Part shown: in pieces, positions 57,559 to 64,000 of the stretch
Numbering within the stretch: position 1 is the first letter of the stretch
Layout of the letters: every line of letters begins with the position of its first letter
DNA from: Eledone cirrhosa
Taxonomy: Eukaryota
Assembly (NCBI GenBank): GCA_964016885.1
Contig: OZ024742.1
Span: 59,458,001 to 59,522,000, forward strand
DNA length: 64,000 nucleotides
Direction of reading: 5' to 3'
Position numbers and translations under genes: made by a program
Notes under the pieces: model-generated
Database searches by the model: none
What the model saw: the letters and a program-made list of their open reading frames with translations, nothing else
What the model was told of the DNA's origin: nothing

Positions 57559-57589
57559 ACCTTCCTCTCTCTCTTTTTAACCTGCCAAC

Positions 57590-60500
57590 ATGGCCGTATT
57601 AAGAGTAGGATGTTTAAATGTTCGAGGCCTGGGATCGTCCTGGAAGCAGGGTTACCTGCTCAACGACCTCAGGTCTATAGAAATGGATGTAATTGCAGTC
57701 AGCGAGACCAGGATTTCCGACACGCACGCACTAGCCCCCATTTTCGACGACTATCAGATCTTTGCATCTGTTAGCCGGCCGGGAATGGGAAGCGGGGTGG
57801 CAGTGCTGTTTAGGAAAGGCCTGGATCTCGAGGTAAGGTCGATCTTCCTGGACCCGGACGGGAAGTTGGTGGTCCTGGACGTGAACAATAAAGCAGGTGG
57901 TGCCTTTAGACTGGTGGCCGTCTATGCTCCTACTGGGGTAGGACGGCCGGACATCTTTAGACGCCTGGAAGCTTTTCTGGGTACGTCTCGCCCTTTACTG
58001 TTAGCGGGGGACTGGAACGGCATCTTAGACGCACGTGGGGACTGTGTGGGAGTATCCGATAGGAGCGGGGGGGGGGGGTACCGACTAGATTTTCCTAATG
58101 CGCCAGTGTGGACCTGGGCTAACCGCATAGGGTCATCTAGATCGTATATAGACAGGATATTCATTAGGAAAATAGACAGAAATAGTGTAAGCTGTCCACA
58201 CTTTGAAACGGTCGCCTATTCAGATCACAAGTTTGTGATCTGTATGGTCGACCTAGATAAGACGCGTAGGTTAGGACCTGGTTACTGGAAGCTAAACATG
58301 TCATTTCCGGCACGTAAGTCTTACAGGGACCAGGTCAACAATTTAGTTAAGAAAAAGTTGACAGGGGGAGTCGTCAATAATAGATGGTGAGGGGGGTGGG
58401 GTGCTATCAAAAGAGAGATTAGAGTAATGTCGATAGAGTTTAGCAAAGAAGTAGCGTTAGAGAAAAATAGAAAGGAAGGGGGTTGTTAGTTAAGTTAGAC
58501 GAGGTTATTGGTAGTGGCATTGCAACTGACGTGCTAGCGGCGAGAATGGCATTAGACCATTTCTTCAATGCGAAACACGAAGGTTGCAGTGTCAGAGCTA
58601 AGGCGCGTGCTCTGAGAAACGAGGGAACCAAAGCTGTTCGATAGGCCCGCGTGGAAGAGGCGCAGCATGGTAATAAAACCACGATTCGGTCTTTGACGGA
58701 CCGAGACGGGCACGAGCTGAGGGATTCCAGGAGGATGTGTGAGGCCTTTCGCCACATTTTGCTCGGTTGTTCGGGGAAAGTGGCGGGTCAGAGATGGTGG
58801 CGGACTCCAGTACCTACCTCGATGGCTTGTCACAACTCTCGACGGCTGACGCTGGGCGCTGCGAAAGGCCAATTACTTCAGCCGAGATTCAGGATGCCCT
58901 TGTCGGCTGCATGAGGCGCAAGTCACCCGGTTTGGATGGTCTGCCCTACGAGCTTTACGTAAATATGCCAGACTTGTTCTCCAATCTCCTCGAAGCCCTC
59001 TACTGCAACTGACAGAAAAATGGGAGTATTCCCAGTTTTGTGAGCCGGAGGTAGTGACGCTGATAAGGAAAGACGAGAACAAGCGGTACACATTAGACAA
59101 TTTCAGGCCCATAACTCTGCTCAACACAGAGTTTAAGACTTTGGCCAGGGTGTTAGCGAAGAGGTTGGCGCTTGTCGTCAGGGATTTGGTTGGGGAGGGG
59201 CAAACTTGCGCAATCCCAACCAGATCCATACACGACAACCTCCACCTAATGCGATACATCATAGAGAGGGTAGGGTGTAAACCTGGCTTCGGTGGGGATC
59301 TGATCAATTTAGATCAATGGAAAGCATTCGATAGGGTCGACCATCGGTACCTGGAGGCTGTCCTCAAGCCGGCTGGCTTCGGCCCCGTCTTCAGAAGCTG
59401 GATCGCTGCAATGCACAGCGGCACCTGCTCAATGGTCAAAATTAATGGCCACCTCTCGGAACCGTTTCAGGGTGCGCTTTCTCCTCCCTTCTGTACGTAT
59501 TGACTGTCGAGCCTTTACTGCGGAATCTGGAGCTGTTGCAGGGCATCCCGCTCGAACCGGGACGCGGAAAGGCTGTGTCGGCTTATGCGGACGACATCAC
59601 CGTGTTGGTGTCGGACACCTCAGAAATCGAGGTGGTCGGCAAATTCTCAGCGGAATATGAAAGGTGGACGGGAGCAAAACTTAACCCGGAAAAGTCGGTG
59701 GGCTTGTAACTCGGCACCTGGAGAGGCAAGTCCATGCCGTCCAACAGCGTCGTTAGGCGCTGGATGGACGGACCGGTAAAGTTGCTAGGGGTTTGGTTCG
59801 GGCCAGACCTCCAGATGGATAAGAATTGGGACGAGGTGACGGGCAGGGTAGCCAGTCTCACCCAGAAATGGGCTGGGATGAAGCTATCACTGATAGGTCA
59901 GGCGGAGGTGCCGAACGCGTACATCACGTCCGTCATCTACTACCGTCTGACCGTCGTCCCTTGCCCCCGTTCGCGCCTCGCCATCTTGTAGCGGCTCCTC
60001 TTCAAATTCTTGTGGAGGGTCAGGTTCAGTTGGTGAGGCGGTCTATCTGCTGCCAGCACCCTCTACGTGGAGGGCTGGGCATGCCGTGGCTAATGATGCG
60101 CAGGCACGCGCTGAGGCTGCGGCATCTCCAGATATTCTGCCTAAACGGTGAACAGGTGTGTTCGCCGTTTGTCAGACGGGCCTTTCCGCAGCTCGTTTCT
60201 TTGACTGAGCTGCAGTCCTGGGTCAAGAAGAGACGGAGACTGGGTGACTGGCATCTGGAATGTTGCCAGGCAGTCCCTGCCCTCTACCAGGCGGGCAATG
60301 CGGTCAGTGGAACTTCCACTCTCAAGTTCTATAGAGGATTAGTGGTTGGCAAGTGCGACGACGCACTCGGGGAGGCTCTGGGGGTCAACGAAGTCGAACT
60401 AACCAGTCTGTACCGGAGGACTTTTGAGCCGGGTACGATGGATAATTTCCAAAAATCCCTCGCTTGGCAGTGCTACCGGGGGGCACTACCGGTTCGAGAT

Positions 60501-60953
60501 AAACTCTACAGGCACGGAAGTGCTGTCAGACGGACCTGTCCAAGATGCGCACAGAACGACGAAACTGTTCTGCACGCACTCGTCCAGTGTCCGTGCATTA
60601 CTGACTTGTGGAGTTATGTTGAACAGCTGTTGTCGCGTGTAGAAGGGATCCGGCTATCGGCCGAGTCCATAGTGAAGGTCGACCCGCCGACTTCTTTTGG
60701 CCTGGAAGGGCAGGCAATTTTCCACTGTCTGGTGGCAGTAGCGAAAGAGGTTGTATGGTGGACGAGGTTGAAAGGACTGATGACAGACACGTTTCTCTTC
60801 GGTTAATCCCTCATCAACTTTTTCAGGTTTCACTTGGAAAGGAAGGTGAGGGTGGAGAGTGAAGTGCTGCCCCCCAGTACATTTGCTGAAAGGTGGGTGA
60901 ATGTGGCGAGAATTGCCCGTGTGAGTGGGCCTACTCTGGTTATGCGGCTGTAG
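57590..60953 (+). pseudogene. Tx1 copy B ORF2 (APE, RT, CCHC), multiple lesions
   Basis: MAVLRVGCLNVRGL, VSET, GDWN, SDHK, FRPITLLN, KAFDRVDH, YADD, CPRC...HALVQC. Confidence 0.94.
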
Positions 60954-61240
60954 GTAGGTAAATTTGAGGAGGAGAGGGGTGCCCGTCCAGGGTGCTCTCG
61001 AAGCGTCGGGTCGTTCAGGACTGGTGGGGTACCTGAGCAAACCCTAGGTGGTCATCCCCCCTATTAGGGAATTTTTTCTTGTTGTAATTTTATTGTTACT
61101 TTATTGTTACTTTGTTATTGTTATTCATATTGTTTACTCGATTTTTCTGTAAAACCCCACTGTCCCAGTCTTTTTTATTGTCCCCTATATGTCGGCCCTT
61201 GTGGCCAATAAATGGAATCCTTATTGTTATTATTATTATT

Positions 61241-64000
61241 GGCGACCTACGTAGTAAATCGTATCACCGTGAGCTCCTCAAAGGTTTGTTATTTTCAGTT
61301 GGTCAAAATTTACATTCATGGAAAATTTTATTGTTAATTGTATATAAGTGCACATACATTGTTATCTGAAAAGGACACCCAAAAAGATTGAGGCCTTGAG
61401 CCCAAAATTTAAACTTTTATAATTATCAAACAAAAAATTTTTCTTTGAAACATCATGGCTGACTCAGAGTCACCCCTTTCTCCCAAACACCTCACACCGA
61501 CACCACCATTGTAAATATTACTACGTTTGCCAACACTAAAAAAAATATAAGCAGTAGCAATATTTTAAATTTGTCTCAGGCAGACATTCATTTCCCGCCA
61601 TTACCAATGACTGCAGGTGTTAAAGCCGCCACCACCACCACCACCACCGCGACAACCACCATCCCCACCACCACCGCGACAACAGAAACAAAAGAAAATA
61701 ATAAATTAACTCGTGATATCGAAATGAATTCAACCAAAATGAACTCTTCCACACCGAACACCACTGACGCCACCACCACCACAACTGAAACTAAAATTAA
61801 TAATAACAAAAATAACGATAACAACAACAGCAACATTGACATTAAGAAAACCACCCTGAGTTTTGCCAGAGTAGCAAAACAGTGCGAAGCATTTCAGGTA
61901 ACTCAGGCGGAATTAGAAGCTAAAAAAATGGTAAAGAAAGATGGGTACTGGGTCAGCCCCCCCCCCCCCACATACACCTAAGAAAATGGAGCATCGTCGC
62001 CTATGCACCGTGTCTTATCGAACAATTAATATAAAATGGCGCCGAGTGGGACGGGCATCCGAGTCCCAAATCCAAAAAGCTTGGGGACATGTGTGGGCAA
62101 AAAAAACCCACATTGGACGTGGGCAGAAGTATGGAACCGTGGACGTGTTCTTTGAAAGACCACAGGAGGCCAGAGAACACTCCATGGGCCCATTAAGAAG
62201 TTACGACTTCACACTCGTCCCAAGCGATTGTGGCCAGAGACTCGTAAAGATCCGGGTCACCGACGTTCCACCGGCCATCGAAATTCCCTGGCTAATAGCT
62301 GCCGTCCTCGCCGGTATCGAAGCGAACACCAAGATAATCGGAATAGCGAAATAAAAGCAGAAGAACTGGTCTGGATCTGGGATGGAGCTCCTGATCCTAG
62401 CGGACCAAAAAAGCATTGAGGAGATCCAAGAGGTAATAGACCTCATTGACGGCAGAAATCTCACCGTAATTGTCGAGGGCAGAAGGCCTAGGTGTGTCGT
62501 TTGTGGTGAAGGAACCCACCTAAGGGCTTTCTGCCCTCAGGGTAAAAGGTTGAGGTCACATCTCCTACCCACCCTAGTGACTCAACCATCAACACCACCA
62601 GCAACAAAGATGGCAGCAACAACAGAAGCAACTGTAACAGCAACAACCCCAGCAACAGTAGCAAAACCAACACCACCACGACCCAACGCACCAGAACTAG
62701 CACCAGCGCCTACACCATCCACCACGCCACAAACAAAACTAACGCCTGTGGAGGATTTTCCACTCCCCGACCTATCACAACTGGAGACAGATTGTGACGA
62801 CTAGGAGTGGGAAACGGTATCAGGAAAAAAGAAAAAAAGAACCCCAAAAAGAAAAAAATTCTCTTCCTTCCCCCTCCAAAAACAAAATACAGAGGGAAAC
62901 AAATAAACTATCAAACAAAAAAGTTAGGACAGATATGCCACCATCCTCACCAGCATCACAGAAAAAGACTACACAACAACCCAAAAGTTCGCACCACCTC
63001 CACACATACAAATCACTCGCATCACACAGAAAACGTACATGACACTAAAACAAAAATTCCCCAAAGACATCGGAGACTTCCGACAAACACTCTCCAGGAG
63101 GATTTATAAGGACATCCTTCCTGAGGAGGCCACAAACAGTGAAAAGGATGGAGAAACCGTCCTTCCTCTACGAGAAGTAAGGTAAGTGGTCTTTGTGGCT
63201 TGGGGTCGTCATGGAAGCAGGGCCACCTGCTCAATGACCCCAGGTCACTAGACATAGATGTAGTGGCCATCAGCGAGACCAGAATCTCCGAAGCACGGGC
63301 CTTCGCACCGATCTTCGGCGGCTACGATGTCTACGCATCACCCAGCCGTCCGGGATCGGGCGGGGGGGGGAGTGAGTTGCTGTGCTTTTTCGAAGAGCTT
63401 TGGATCTCGCCATACGGGCCATCTTCCTGGAGCCAGAAGGTAAGTTGGTCGTGCTGGACGGGCAAGCTTTCAGGCTAGTGGCCGTCTATGCCCCGACAGG
63501 AGCAGGGCGGCCTGATTTCTTCCGGCATCTGAAGACCTTTCTTGGAACGTGCCGCTCTTTAGTGTTAGTGGGCGACTGGAACGGGATCTTAGATGCACGC
63601 TGGGACTGTGTGGGATTAGTGGATAGGGGAGGAGGGTGCAAGAGTCTCACCAACCTGCTCAGGCGTTTTGACCTGTCTGACAGGTACCGATTGGATTTCC
63701 CGAATGTGCCAATGTGGACAAATCTCATAGGCTCATCCAGATCATATCTAGATAGAGTATTTTGTAGGGAAATAGATAGTCTAGTCTAGGCTGTCTATAA
63801 TTCAATATAGTCAGCTACACGGACCACAAATTCGTGATCTGTGTGCTTGACTTAGATAGGCTTCATAGACGAGGACCCGGCTACTGGAAGCTAAACGCGT
63901 CCTTACCAGCGCGTAAGGCTTACAGAGACCGGATTAGCGAACTAGTTAAGCGAGCGTTGACGGGGCCGTGGTGGTTTGCTCTGAAAAGAACAATTAGAAT
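61241..64000 (+). mobile_element. Tx1/L1-clade LINE, copy C, head-to-tail behind copy B; runs off the window
   Basis: ORF1 at 61455-63180 (GRGQKYGTVDVFF, EGRRPRCVVCGEGTHLRAFC); APE from ~63195 (ISET, GDWN, SYLDR). Confidence 0.93.

Larger units (their letters stand above)
55429..61240 (+). mobile_element. Tx1/L1-clade LINE, copy B, apparently full-length, flanked by (ATT)n on both sides
   Basis: (ATT)n at 55410-55428 and 61221-61240; ORF1 + ORF2; 3' aataaa. Confidence 0.95.

Overview
AT-rich animal genomic DNA dense in microsatellites. The SINE content, (TA)n/(CA)n/(AG)n load and LINE mix suggest a coleoid cephalopod such as Octopus (inference). No host gene exon could be supported; the window is almost entirely retroelement-derived. 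It contains: (i) a cluster of Penelope-like elements (PLEs; RT + GIY-YIG) at ~15.2-24.6 kb plus a fragment at ~32.3 kb, set among (TA)n tracts, several with minimal hammerhead-ribozyme folds; (ii) three diverged, near full-length Tx1/L1-clade LINEs (~25.8-31.1, 55.4-61.2 and 61.2-64.0 kb), the last two head-to-tail in (ATT)n; (iii) about 20 copies of a tRNA-derived SINE, often in tandem arrays; (iv) RTE, CR1/L2-like and CRE/RLE LINE remnants, a Helitron/Helentron-like element and several foldback/MITE-like palindromes. Three observations stand out. All three Tx1 copies have a consensus AG|GTRAGT splice donor at the ORF1 stop, and both complete copies have CTGTAG|GT at the ORF2 stop, so ORF2 looks like an intron. 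The SINE shares a covarying 3' stem-loop and an ATT-rich tail with the Tx1 LINEs, a candidate Tx1-SINE partnership. Hammerhead motifs with U3-A8 core variants, and one in an inverted duplication, sit at PLE ends. Boundaries of degenerate repeats are approximate.
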